Counted from the whole stretch's first letter, positions 53,536-62,956 are shown. The stretch: DNA of 62,956 nt, filler included, from 4 parts of 4 records of this genome joined end to end with filler, not necessarily neighbours in it, one strand, 5' to 3'. Translations and numbers: made by a program. The notes: generated by a model from the letters alone, not told the origin.

Positions 53536-54654
53536 TTAACTACTGGCTTTTGACATTTTTCGTCTGTAATTCTCTACTTCCCAATTATCAATAAAATCTA
53601 TTTGCTCTTGTGTCATCGGTCGAGGACCGCCAAAACTATCAGTCAGGAAACTCACCTTCATCATATCTTTAAATACGTCCAATACAATTTGAGCTGACTT
53701 TTCCGACTCTTCCAAGGCAACAATTCCTTTTCCCTGTATTGCAATAAGCTTAGGATTATAGCCATTTTGTTGCTTGAATTGCTCCGCTTGTTGTTTTAGA
53801 GAATCCGTATCTTCTACATAAAGATACTTCGATTTACAATACACAATATTATCTGGCGTAAATGGCTTATTTACGGCTTCAAAAGCTTCCTTACTGGCCA
53901 CATACTTTTTAGATAATTCACTTACATCAGCGATTTTGTAAGCTCTGTTCAATTCATCTCCTAAATCCAAAGGATTTACCATCGAAAGCAATTGCTCACT
54001 TTCATAAACCAATTGCACATCCTGATAACTCGAAACTTTCGCACTTAATTTCTGCTCTACTTCTGCATAAATTTGCTCAATTTCTTCGCTTGTATCTGCG
54101 CCCACAAAAATCCCATGATTTTCTAAAAAGATCAGTTGTGGTTCGCTGCCTTTTTCTTTTCTGTATTGCAGTAATGCTTTTTCTACCACTTTAAACAGGA
54201 TATAGCCCGGATCGATATAAGGTACATAAACCACCTTGTCGCCAAATAATTCTGCAATTACTTCTTTAGAATGGTTGGCACATAATACACCATTAACCAA
54301 AGTAGGATGTGTATGCATAATAAATGCATAGTCGATGATCTCGTGCATACTAGCTTCTACCGAAGGCCTCTTGCCTTCCGGAAACAAAATAGCCTGATGC
54401 AAATCGTTCTTCACCTCTTGCTCTCTTAAGCTTGTATCCGAACTATATTGCTTTTGCGAAATCACCTGCATTTTTTCCCTGTCAAGGCAAACAAAGCCAT
54501 CCTCGCTAATGGTAGCCATGGACGTTCCACTGGCTTTTACCCACATTTTATCAGCGGTTTTAAAAGAACTGTTTCCGCCTCCGGCAATGATATAATCCGG
54601 ATCTTTTCCAAATTTTATTGATAATTGAATTAACTGATTAATATTTTTTTTCAT
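53536..54654 (-). CDS. Class II aldolase resembling the N-terminal part of bifunctional rhamnulose-1-P aldolase/dehydrogenase
   Basis: GGGNSSFK, VKASG, PSVEASMH, HTHP, ENHG, FTPD, WEVENYR. Confidence 0.8.
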   Translation of the reverse strand: MKKNINQLIQLSIKFGKDPDYIIAGGGNSSFKTADKMWVKASGTSMATISEDGFVCLDREKMQVISQKQYSSDTSLREQEVKNDLHQAILFPEGKRPSVEASMHEIIDYAFIMHTHPTLVNGVLCANHSKEVIAELFGDKVVYVPYIDPGYILFKVVEKALLQYRKEKGSEPQLIFLENHGIFVGADTSEEIEQIYAEVEQKLSAKVSSYQDVQLVYESEQLLSMVNPLDLGDELNRAYKIADVSELSKKYVASKEAFEAVNKPFTPDNIVYCKSKYLYVEDTDSLKQQAEQFKQQNGYNPKLIAIQGKGIVALEESEKSAQIVLDVFKDMMKVSFLTDSFGGPRPMTQEQIDFIDNWEVENYRRKMSKASS

Positions 54655-54797
54655 GTAGAGATTTTTAGATTTCGTAGATGATTACATTTTAATTGTAGAT
54701 GATTTTAAGTGTTTGTATAAATTATGCAAGAGCTTTGCCGGATGTTTTAAGGGGAACACCAGCAAGCTCTTAATACATAAATGTATGAAATTCTAAA

Positions 54798-54827
54798 CTA
54801 CCTTTTCGATAAAATTTCTTTTTCGTA
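54798..54827 (-). CDS. C-terminal fragment of probable L-rhamnose isomerase
   Basis: Translates YEKEILSKR*, matching RhaA C-termini; upstream of the aldolases; only 9 codons. Confidence 0.5.
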   Translation of the reverse strand, partial: YEKEILSKR

Positions 54828-54927
54828 NNNNNNNNNNNNNNNNNNNNNNNNNNNNNNNNNNNNNNNNNNNNTTAATTAATTAANNNNNNNNNNNNNNNNN
54901 NNNNNNNNNNNNNNNNNNNNNNNNNNN
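54828..54927. other. Artificial contig spacer
   Basis: N44-TTAATTAATTAA-N44. Confidence 0.98.
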
Positions 54928-54928
54928 G

Positions 54929-55309
54929 GTTGCTCCTCCAACAAAAATGGATGAAGCACAATTAACTGAAGAGGGTTACTATTCAATCTTTGCAGCAGCA
55001 GGTGCAAGAATTGAGATTCCAGGTTGTTCATTATGTATGGGGAACCAAGCAAGAGTTAACGAAAATGCAGTTGTATTCTCAACATCTACAAGAAACTTCG
55101 ATAACAGACTTGGAAAAGGTGCTCAAGTATACTTAGGTTCAGCAGAAGTTGCAGCAGTTGCAGCTTTACTTGGAAAAATCCCTACTGTTGAAGAGTATAT
55201 GAAAATTGTACCTCAAAAAATTACAGATAAAAATAGAGATGGAGTTTACAAATACTTAAACTTCCACCATTTATCTTCAACTCAACTAACTAACTTAGTA
55301 CACTCATAA
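54929..55309 (+). CDS. acnB: Aconitate hydratase B, C-terminal fragment
   Basis: [34 protein letters not shown]. Confidence 0.93.
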   Translation, partial: VAPPTKMDEAQLTEEGYYSIFAAAGARIEIPGCSLCMGNQARVNENAVVFSTSTRNFDNRLGKGAQVYLGSAEVAAVAALLGKIPTVEEYMKIVPQKITDKNRDGVYKYLNFHHLSSTQLTNLVHS

Positions 55310-55325
55310 GAAGTAAACAAAGAGG

Positions 55326-56111
55326 TTAAACCCTCTTTGCTTCTTTTAATTTTTCTTTCAAATCAATTAAATTTTCAAAAATCATAAAATCTTTATTTAC
55401 TACATAATTTGGTAGTTTATTTCCTGTTTTTATCCAAGCTGGGTTTATATTTGTATTTTTTGCTCCCAAGATATCTGTTTCATAAGTATCTCCAATCATT
55501 AATGTTTCTTTTTTATTTTTAGAAAAATTTTTTAAAATAGTTTCAAATCCATAACTACTTGGTTTTCCTATTATTTTTATATCTTTATTAGTAAACTCTT
55601 TTATAATATCAATAATAACACCACATTCTAAATCAAACCCTTCTTTTACAGGAATTAGTTTATCTGGATTTGCTGCAATAACTTGCGTATCTTCTTTAAT
55701 AAGATTTATTGTATTTGAGATATCTTTTAGTTTTATATCATTATCCATACCAATCACAATATATTTAGGTGTAATATCATCTTTTTTATATTTTGCATAT
55801 AGTGTATTTTGTAATTGTTCACTTCCTAAAACATAAATTGAATCTGCATTATTTTCAAATAGATAATGTTCAATTAGTTTTGTTGCAGTAAATATTTTAT
55901 TTTCAGATGTGTCAACTTGACAAGTTAAAAGTTTATCTTTGTATTCTTTTGTTTTGTAGTTTGAGTTGTTTGTAAAAAAGCAATATTCAATATTTTCCTT
56001 ATCTAAATATTCAATTATCTCTTTAGTCCCTTCTATTTGACTATATTCTCTATAAAATACTCCATCTAAGTCAAAAATTATAAAGTTTATATCTTTTAAG
56101 TTTTTATACAT
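55326..56111 (-). CDS. HAD-IIA (NagD-like) phosphatase
   Basis: DLDGV, TNNS, NPD, IGKPS, IGDTYETDILG. Confidence 0.9.
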   Translation of the reverse strand: MYKNLKDINFIIFDLDGVFYREYSQIEGTKEIIEYLDKENIEYCFFTNNSNYKTKEYKDKLLTCQVDTSENKIFTATKLIEHYLFENNADSIYVLGSEQLQNTLYAKYKKDDITPKYIVIGMDNDIKLKDISNTINLIKEDTQVIAANPDKLIPVKEGFDLECGVIIDIIKEFTNKDIKIIGKPSSYGFETILKNFSKNKKETLMIGDTYETDILGAKNTNINPAWIKTGNKLPNYVVNKDFMIFENLIDLKEKLKEAKRV

Positions 56112-56908
56112 TATTTTATTCCTGTATGTAAAAATGAGTTAACAAATTGTTTTTGAAAAATTAAAAATGCCAAAAGTAAAGGTGCAACAGAAATTAATGT
56201 TGCAGCTGATATTGTCGACCATTGAACACCTGATTCAGGAGCTGCAAAGATTGCAAGTCCTACAGTTAATGGTTTTACATCATTTGAATTAGCAATTACT
56301 AAAGGCCATAAAAAATTATTCCAATGGTATGATACAGAAACTAGAGCATAAGCAAGATAAGTGGGTTTTGATAAAGGAATATACACTCTAAAAAGTATCC
56401 CTAAAAAAGAGCAACCTTCAATTCTAGCAGCTTCATCAAGTTCATTTGGAATTGTTTTAAATGTTTGTCTTAATAAAAATATACCAAAAGCAGATGCAAT
56501 ATATGGTAAAGCCATTCCCCAAGTTGTATCAACTAAATTTAGATTTGCAACAGTTTTATAGTTTTCCATAATCAAGTTTTCTGGCATAATCATTAGTTGC
56601 ATTATAACTAAAAAAAACGCAATATTTTTTCCATAAAAATCAAATTTTGCAAAGGCATATGCTGCAAGTGTACATAAAATCATTTGACCTATTAAAATTA
56701 TTGTAACAAGTAAAAATGTATTTGTTAGATATTGTAAAAATGGTGCTTGATTCCAAGCTTCATAAAAACTTTGAATACTTAATGGTGCAAAAAGTGTAAA
56801 CTTTGATGAATACTCTTCCTTATGAAAAGCAGCCCAAAAAGTATATATCAGAGGAAGAATCCAAATAAATGCTAAAGTGTATGTTGAAATTTTTTGTAAT
56901 ATTTTCAT
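56111..56908 (-). CDS. CUT1 ABC permease (UgpE-like)
   Basis: FLLRQTFKTIP, EAARIEG, WNNFLWPL. Confidence 0.9.
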   Translation of the reverse strand: MKILQKISTYTLAFIWILPLIYTFWAAFHKEEYSSKFTLFAPLSIQSFYEAWNQAPFLQYLTNTFLLVTIILIGQMILCTLAAYAFAKFDFYGKNIAFFLVIMQLMIMPENLIMENYKTVANLNLVDTTWGMALPYIASAFGIFLLRQTFKTIPNELDEAARIEGCSFLGILFRVYIPLSKPTYLAYALVSVSYHWNNFLWPLVIANSNDVKPLTVGLAIFAAPESGVQWSTISAATLISVAPLLLAFLIFQKQFVNSFLHTGIK

Positions 56909-56915
56909 CTATATC

Positions 56916-57779
56916 CTATTTGTAATGTATTTTTTTCTCAATCAATCCAAACTGTATTAAAGAAACAAGAATTAAAAGAGATAATAAAACTATTGTAAGT
57001 GTTGCAGCATATGCGTAATCAAAAAATGAAAATGCCACATCATAAATATAATACAAGAGTAGATTTGATGCATTATCAGGTCCACCTTTTGTTAAAATAA
57101 ATAGATGGTCCACCATTTTAAAAGAGTTGATTAAGGCATTTATCATTACAAAAAAAGTTGTTGGCATCAATAAAGGAAAAGTTATCTTCCAAAAACTAGT
57201 CCAAGGTGAGGCACCTTCAATTTTAGCTGCTTCAAGTAACTCTTTTGGAATAGCTTGTAAAGCAGCAAGATAAAATATCATAAAAAATCCAGCTTCTTTC
57301 CATACAGTCATAACAATAGTTGAGCCTAAAACTAAATTTGTATCGCCTAAAAAATTTTGTTGAGCTAATCCAAAATATTGAAGTATTTGGTTTATTAAAC
57401 CAATTTGAGGTGCATAAAAAAATAGCCAAATATTTGCAACTGCAACCATTGGTAAAATTGTTGGTGTAAAATATGCAAGTCTTACTATTGCTCTACCTTT
57501 TATTTTTTCATGAACAAATACTGCCATTAATAAAGCAAAGATGATTGAAAGTGGAACAGTTGTAAGTGCAAAATAGATTGTGTTTTTTAATGTTTTTATA
57601 AAAACTGGGTCATTTATCATATATTCATAATTATCAAACCCAATAAATCTTTTGGGTTTGATAACCGTTTGGTTTGAAAAAAATGAGTTTATAAATGTAG
57701 TTATAGTTGGATAATGGGTAAATGTTAGAATTAATATAAAAGCTGGAAGTAATAATAACCAACCATAAACATGTCTCAT
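56916..57779 (-). CDS. CUT1 ABC permease (UgpA-like)
   Basis: EAAKIEGA, TKGGP. Confidence 0.9.
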   Translation of the reverse strand: MRHVYGWLLLLPAFILILTFTHYPTITTFINSFFSNQTVIKPKRFIGFDNYEYMINDPVFIKTLKNTIYFALTTVPLSIIFALLMAVFVHEKIKGRAIVRLAYFTPTILPMVAVANIWLFFYAPQIGLINQILQYFGLAQQNFLGDTNLVLGSTIVMTVWKEAGFFMIFYLAALQAIPKELLEAAKIEGASPWTSFWKITFPLLMPTTFFVMINALINSFKMVDHLFILTKGGPDNASNLLLYYIYDVAFSFFDYAYAATLTIVLLSLLILVSLIQFGLIEKKIHYK

Positions 57780-57787
57780 ATCAATCC

Positions 57788-59056
57788 TTACTTATAATCT
57801 TTTAATAATCTTGAAGCTTGAGTTTGTGCTTCATCTAATGCTTCTTTTGCCTCTTTTTTACCAGTTAAAACTGCTTGGATAGTATCATCAAGAATTTTTC
57901 TTACTCTACCTGTTTGATAAGTTGAAAGTTCAGCTGTAGCAAATTCTAGTTGATCTCTTGCAACTTTTGCAGGAGGGAACTCTTCTACATATTTTTTAAG
58001 TTCTGGTGTATTATATGAAGCTTGTGAAATACCAATATATCCAGTTCCTATTGACCACTTAGCAGAATTTTTAGGGCTTGTCATAAATTTGATTAGTTTC
58101 ATAGAAGCTTCTCTTTGTAGAGGAGTAGTTTTTTTGAAAATATAAAAGTTACCTCCACCAGTTGGAGTTCCTCTCATCTCATTTGCAGGAAGCATAGCTA
58201 CACCAAAATCAAATTTTGCATTCTTTTTAACAGCAGTCAAGTTACCAGTTGAGTGCCACATCATAGCAGTTTTTCCACTTAAGAAATTTTTTCTAAGTGT
58301 TCCCCATTCAATTGTACCTTTTGGCATAACATTGTATTTGTTTGATAAATCACTCCAATATTGTAAAGCTTCAACAACTTTTGGTTTATTAAAATATGTT
58401 TGTGTCCCTTCACCATTCATTAGAACTTCACCATTCTCTTTTGCTAAAGCTCCAAACATCCAATATGGATAACCAGTTGATGGAATCATAACTCCCCATT
58501 GGTTTTCATTTGTAAGTTTTTTACCCATAGAAACCATTTCATCCCAATTTTTAGGTGGTTTATTTGGATCAAGTCCTGCTTTTTTAAAGGCATCTTTATT
58601 GTAATACATAACTATAGTTGATCTTTGAAAAGGGATACCCCAAACTTTTCCTAGAGTTGTTCCATTTTCCATTAAGGCTGGATAAAAAGAGTATAACCAG
58701 TCTTTATCCTCTTTTGTTTTTACAATATCTGAAAATGGTACTATTGCATCTTGTTCTATTAAGTCATAAATATCAATTGAAAACATAACAGCTAACTGTG
58801 CTGGTTTTCCAGCTTTAAGTGCAGCAAGAGATTTTATTCTTGCATCATTGTAGTTTCCTGCATATATTGCATTTACGTCAATATCTGGATTTTGTTTTTC
58901 AAACTCATCAACCATTGAATCAACAATTTTAGTTAATGGTCCTCCAACTGAAACTGGATAATACATTGTTAGTTCTGTTTTTTTTGCACTTGCAACCGAA
59001 AGTAAACTTGCTGTAGCAATACTACATAAAGCAACTTTTTTTAATAATTTAAGCAT
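57788..59056 (-). CDS. ABC substrate-binding protein (UgpB-like)
   Basis: Signal peptide; PFQRST, YYNKDAF, HSTG, PTGGG, TGY. Confidence 0.85.
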   Translation of the reverse strand: MLKLLKKVALCSIATASLLSVASAKKTELTMYYPVSVGGPLTKIVDSMVDEFEKQNPDIDVNAIYAGNYNDARIKSLAALKAGKPAQLAVMFSIDIYDLIEQDAIVPFSDIVKTKEDKDWLYSFYPALMENGTTLGKVWGIPFQRSTIVMYYNKDAFKKAGLDPNKPPKNWDEMVSMGKKLTNENQWGVMIPSTGYPYWMFGALAKENGEVLMNGEGTQTYFNKPKVVEALQYWSDLSNKYNVMPKGTIEWGTLRKNFLSGKTAMMWHSTGNLTAVKKNAKFDFGVAMLPANEMRGTPTGGGNFYIFKKTTPLQREASMKLIKFMTSPKNSAKWSIGTGYIGISQASYNTPELKKYVEEFPPAKVARDQLEFATAELSTYQTGRVRKILDDTIQAVLTGKKEAKEALDEAQTQASRLLKDYK

Positions 59057-59079
59057 ATTTTTCTCCTAATACAATTTTT

Positions 59080-60153
59080 TTAAGAAAAGAGTTCTCTTCT
59101 CTCACCTTGTAAATCAAAATAGTTGATTTTTGACTCACTCCAATTTACCCAAACCCTATCACCATTTTTGTGATTACAATCACTATTAAATCTTGCCAAA
59201 ATTGGTAGTTCTAAATCTTTTTTTATAGATTGAATACCTAAAACGGTATCTGAACCATGATAATCTTGATAAACAATCTCTCCATAAAAACCACTGTTTT
59301 CTATCCCTAAAGTTATATCTTCAGGTCTTATTCCAAGATATTGAATCTCTTCGGTGATACGGTTTGAGTAATTAACCTTTAACTCTTGTTCATTTATTAA
59401 AACCTTCTCTTTTTCTTTTTTTATTTTTATAATGTTCATAGGTGGTGTTCCTATAAATCTTCCTACAAAAGTAGAAGCTACATTCTCATAAAGCTCTTTT
59501 GCTGTTCCTTCTTGTTCTATCTCTCCTTTGTTTAATAAAATAATATGGTCAGCCATACTCATAGCTTCAGTTTGGTCATGTGTAACATATAAAACTGTCA
59601 TATGAAGTTGCTGTTGTAGTTTTTTTATCTCTATTCTCATCTCATGCCTTAACTTCGCATCTAGATTTGACAATGGTTCATCCATTAAACAGATTTTATT
59701 TTTAGCTACAAAAGCACGTGCAAGAGCTACTCTTTGTTTTTGTCCACCTGAAAGTTGTGAGGGTTTACTTTTTAAAACTGTTTCAAGACCAACTAGTTTT
59801 ACAACTTTTTTTAATCTTTTTATTTGTTCCTCTTTAGGTACTTTTCTTACTTTTAATCCAAATAAAATATTCTCTTCAACATTTAAGTGAGGAAATAGGG
59901 CATAGGATTGAAAAACCATTGAGATACCTCTTTTAGACGCAGGAAGTTTAGATACATTTTTACCTTCAATAAAAATCTCACCTTTTGTAATCTCTTCAAG
60001 TCCAGCAATCATCCTTAATGTTGTTGATTTACCACATCCAGAAGGACCAAGTAAAACTGTAAAGCTTCCTTTTTTTATCTCAAAACTCAAATCTTTTATT
60101 GTTGTTTTATTTCCAAATTCTTTTGTAATATTTTTTAATATAATTGATGACAT
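59080..60153 (-). CDS. ABC ATPase (UgpC-like)
   Basis: [24 protein letters not shown]. Confidence 0.92.
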   Translation of the reverse strand: MSSIILKNITKEFGNKTTIKDLSFEIKKGSFTVLLGPSGCGKSTTLRMIAGLEEITKGEIFIEGKNVSKLPASKRGISMVFQSYALFPHLNVEENILFGLKVRKVPKEEQIKRLKKVVKLVGLETVLKSKPSQLSGGQKQRVALARAFVAKNKICLMDEPLSNLDAKLRHEMRIEIKKLQQQLHMTVLYVTHDQTEAMSMADHIILLNKGEIEQEGTAKELYENVASTFVGRFIGTPPMNIIKIKKEKEKVLINEQELKVNYSNRITEEIQYLGIRPEDITLGIENSGFYGEIVYQDYHGSDTVLGIQSIKKDLELPILARFNSDCNHKNGDRVWVNWSESKINYFDLQGERRELFS

Positions 60154-60929
60154 TAAATAGCTCCTAAATTTTTTTCATAATAGACTTCAACTTTATTTTT
60201 TTTCAATAGATTGTAGATGTTCTTAGGTGGCTTTTGATTACAAAAGAAAGAATCAACTTGAGTAATATTTCCTCCTTTTACGAAAGCATTTCTATCAAAC
60301 TTTGAAGAATCAGCAGCTAAAAATACTTTTTTACTATGTTTAGAAATAGCTTCTCTAGCTATAAATTCCTCTTTAGTAAAATCCAACAAACAGCCATCTT
60401 CTTCAATTGCTCCAACTCCATATATTCCAAAATCAACTTTATATGAACCAAAAAACTTTTCAATATCATTTCCTAAAATATCTTTGTGTTTATTTCTTAT
60501 TATTCCACCATGTAGTGTGATTTCAAAGCTTGGGTTTTCTGAACATACTAATGCTACATTTAGATTATTTGTAAATATTTTTAAATCTTTATGATTAAGT
60601 AATTCTTTTGCAATTATCTCAGGTGTAGTTCCTATTGAAAAAAAGATTGAGCAGTTATTTGGTATTTGTTTTGCAATTAGCTTTGCAATGGTATTTTTTT
60701 CATCATAATGAATTATTTTTCTACTTGTATATGAGATATTATCAGTTTGAACTGCAATCTCAACTCCCCCATATACTCTTCTTAATAAGCCTTTTTTGCA
60801 TAAATCATTTATATCTTTTCTAATTGATTGTAATGAGACACTAAATTTTTTACTCAAATTTTCAACAGAAGCAAATTTTTCTTGTCTAACTTTTTCTAGG
60901 ATGTATGCTTGGCGCTCTTTTGGTTTCAT
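60153..60929 (-). CDS. DeoR/GlpR-family regulator
   Basis: VSLQSIRKDI, RVYGG, IGTTPE, TNNLNVA, ADSSKF. Confidence 0.92.
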   Translation of the reverse strand: MKPKERQAYILEKVRQEKFASVENLSKKFSVSLQSIRKDINDLCKKGLLRRVYGGVEIAVQTDNISYTSRKIIHYDEKNTIAKLIAKQIPNNCSIFFSIGTTPEIIAKELLNHKDLKIFTNNLNVALVCSENPSFEITLHGGIIRNKHKDILGNDIEKFFGSYKVDFGIYGVGAIEEDGCLLDFTKEEFIAREAISKHSKKVFLAADSSKFDRNAFVKGGNITQVDSFFCNQKPPKNIYNLLKKNKVEVYYEKNLGAI

Positions 60930-60932
60930 ATA

Positions 60933-60973
60933 TTTTCTTTCGTTTCTTATGTAGTTTTTCTTTCGTTCGAAAA
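60933..60973. promoter_or_regulatory. GlpR-type operator repeats
   Basis: TTTTCTTTCGTT at 60933-60944 and 60956-60967; the second extends into TTTCGTTCGAAA. Confidence 0.5.
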
Positions 60974-61046
60974 CTTTACGAATTATAAAACTGAAGCATT
61001 ACATTCTGATTACATGTTAAGAGATACGAAATAATTGAATTTAGTG

Positions 61047-61058
61047 ATGAACTTTCAT
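61047..61058. promoter_or_regulatory. TetR-type operator candidate
   Basis: ATGAA-CT-TTCAT upstream of the tetR-hydrogenase operon. Confidence 0.45.
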
Positions 61059-61111
61059 TCGGTATTAATTTTTATAATATTATAATAAAAGCTTAAGGTT
61101 AAAAATAAGGA

Positions 61112-61708
61112 TTGATATTGTCAGTAAAAGAAGAAAAAAAGAATAATATCATTGAAAACTCTTTAAAACTATTTTCTAAAAATGGTTTTTATAATACGAC
61201 TATTCCAGATATTGCTAAATCTATGAAGATGAGTGTTGGTAATATGTATAACTATTTTAAGTCTAAAGAGGAACTTGCAAAATATGCAATTAAGTACTCA
61301 ACTAATGTATTAGCTAAAGAGTTAAAAGAGATAAATCAAATGGATATCTCATCAAAAGAAAAAGTATTTACTTTTACTAGAAGATATATGGAAAGTGTAA
61401 AAAAATCTCCTGAAGTAATAGAATACTTTTTAAGAGTTTATCTTTCGAATAGAGAGGTGTTTCAAGAGGGTTGTGAAGGTTTCTTATGTGTAAGTGAATT
61501 TGTTACAGAAGTTATGATTCTGCTTGACGAGGGAGCTTCTAAAAAAGAGTTTAGACAACAAGATTTCTTCCCAGCTTTTGCAATGTTAATGGGAGCACTA
61601 GGTGGCTTTGCTTTTCTTACAGGTGAAAAAGTTTTAGATAAAGATATTTTATACTACTCTGATGCTGTTGCAGAGAATATCTACAGAGCATTAAAGTATG
61701 AAGAATAA
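61112..61708 (+). CDS. TetR-family regulator
   Basis: LFSKNGFYNTTIPDIAKSMKMSVGNMYNYFKSKEEL; TTG start is uncertain. Confidence 0.9.
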   Translation: MILSVKEEKKNNIIENSLKLFSKNGFYNTTIPDIAKSMKMSVGNMYNYFKSKEELAKYAIKYSTNVLAKELKEINQMDISSKEKVFTFTRRYMESVKKSPEVIEYFLRVYLSNREVFQEGCEGFLCVSEFVTEVMILLDEGASKKEFRQQDFFPAFAMLMGALGGFAFLTGEKVLDKDILYYSDAVAENIYRALKYEE

Positions 61709-62588
61709 GCCAAAACTTTTATGGCTTCAAGCTATAACTTGTAATGGTAATACTCACTCATTATTAAGTGCAAATGATAACAGATTAAAACTATTTTTAA
61801 ATAGTTTTGATTTGATTTATCATCCCTCTCTTACAATAAATGTTTCACTAGAAGATATTTTAGAAAACGAAACTACAATTGATTATTTATTAGTTGAAGG
61901 TGCAATAACTTCAAATCAAAAATTCTACTCAATTTCAGAAAAATCAACTTATGATGTTTTTAATACTTTATTAAAAAGAAGTAAATATGTAATTGCCGTA
62001 GGTTCATGTGCTTCTTATGGTGGGATACATGCAAAGTTTGAACAAAACAATGATATAAAGGGTTTAAGAGATTCTTTATCAAGTGAAAACTTATATATTC
62101 TAAAACATCCAATAATAAATTTAACAGGTTGTCCAGTAAATCCAGAATGGATATTTCAAACACTTTTTTCCCTAAAAGATTATGAAAAAGTCTCATTAGA
62201 TGATGAGGGAAGACCTGTTGAGTTATATTATAGTTTGGCACATCATGGATGTACAAGAAATGAATACTTTGAGTGGAAAATAGAATCAAAAACCTTTGGT
62301 GTAAAAGAGGGGTGTTTGTTTTATGAGCAAGGTTGTAGAGGACCAATGACACACTCAAACTGCAATAAAATACTTTGGAATGATGTAAACAGTAAAACTA
62401 GAGCTGGTATGCCTTGTATTGGTTGTACTGAAACAGATTTCCCTAGAGAAAATATGTTTGAGACAAAGAAAAATATAGGGATTCCCGATGAAGTACCATT
62501 AGGAGTAACAAAAAGAGCATACCTTTCAATGGCAGGTGTTGCTAAAACATTCAAAATAGATAGACTGCATAAAAAACTTATAGACTAA
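61698..62588 (+). CDS. Cytoplasmic [NiFe]-hydrogenase small subunit (group 2, probably 2d)
   Basis: No Tat signal; LWLQAITCNGN, GSCASYGG, GCP, HGCTR, GCRGP, CIGC. Confidence 0.85.
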   Translation: MKNKPKLLWLQAITCNGNTHSLLSANDNRLKLFLNSFDLIYHPSLTINVSLEDILENETTIDYLLVEGAITSNQKFYSISEKSTYDVFNTLLKRSKYVIAVGSCASYGGIHAKFEQNNDIKGLRDSLSSENLYILKHPIINLTGCPVNPEWIFQTLFSLKDYEKVSLDDEGRPVELYYSLAHHGCTRNEYFEWKIESKTFGVKEGCLFYEQGCRGPMTHSNCNKILWNDVNSKTRAGMPCIGCTETDFPRENMFETKKNIGIPDEVPLGVTKRAYLSMAGVAKTFKIDRLHKKLID

Positions 62589-62617
62589 AATCAAGCAAAA
62601 TTATAATCGGGGTATAG

Positions 62618-62956
62618 ATGAAAACAGTAGATATTGTAGAGAGAATTGAGGGTGAAGCAAAGCTTGTTTGCTCTTGGAAAGATGAAATAATTGATGATGC
62701 AAGAATAGAGTTTTTGAACTTTAGAGGATTTGAATTTATCTTACAAGACAAAGCACCCCTTGATGCAATGGTTTATACTCCAAGAATCTGTGGGATTTGT
62801 GGACAAGCTCATCTAAAAGCAACAGTTGAAGCTTTGGAAAATCTATATAAAAATGCAAATGAACAACTAACAGTTACAAACAAAGCAAAATTATTAAGAG
62901 AGATTGGTTTAAATATAGAGATTATAGATTCTCATATAAAATGGTTTTATATGTTT
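62618..62956 (+). CDS. [NiFe]-hydrogenase large subunit, truncated by window end (not in ORF track)
   Basis: MKTVDIVERIEGEAK...RGFE...PRICGICGQAH (L1 motif). Confidence 0.92.
   Translation, partial: MKTVDIVERIEGEAKLVCSWKDEIIDDARIEFLNFRGFEFILQDKAPLDAMVYTPRICGICGQAHLKATVEALENLYKNANEQLTVTNKAKLLREIGLNIEIIDSHIKWFYMF

Overview
This window is not one locus. It is four unrelated contigs joined by identical 100-bp artificial spacers (N44-TTAATTAATTAA-N44 at 7079-7178, 37468-37567 and 54828-54927). Taxon calls below are inferred from protein similarity and base composition. (1) 1-7078, Bacteroidota-like: arabinan/hemicellulose glycoside hydrolases (GH51, tandem GH43, two GH3). (2) 7179-37467, Vibrio-like: YcjNOP-type sugar ABC transporter and LacI converging on rhaBAD, psuKG, mtgA, a fold-III ornithine/lysine decarboxylase, GST/LysR/SMR/DoxX genes, a SigZ-ArsP-thioredoxin module, two diguanylate cyclases, ComFB, and pntAB. 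(3) 37568-54827, Bacteroidota-like (marine Bacteroidales): porin plus short ModE, an NrtR/GluP/GalM/beta-galactosidase cluster, and two class II aldolases downstream of a rhaA tail. (4) 54928-62956, Arcobacteraceae-like: acnB tail, a GlpR-ABC-HAD cluster, and TetR plus a cytoplasmic group 2 [NiFe]-hydrogenase. The best candidate for something undescribed is the ~165-nt leader of the Vibrio decarboxylase (22911-23080, minus strand). By hand it folds into a clean four-way junction whose closing helix abuts the Shine-Dalgarno, with a mutually exclusive 5' helix, as in a riboswitch. Other leads are a ModE box with a TOBE-less ModE and a porin, a LacI-type rhamnose regulon with a Bacteroidota-like RhaD, a DGC-ComFB module, and NrtR-type operators. 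I saw no rRNA, tRNA, CRISPR array or transposase. All family calls come from motif recognition by eye; no searches were run.
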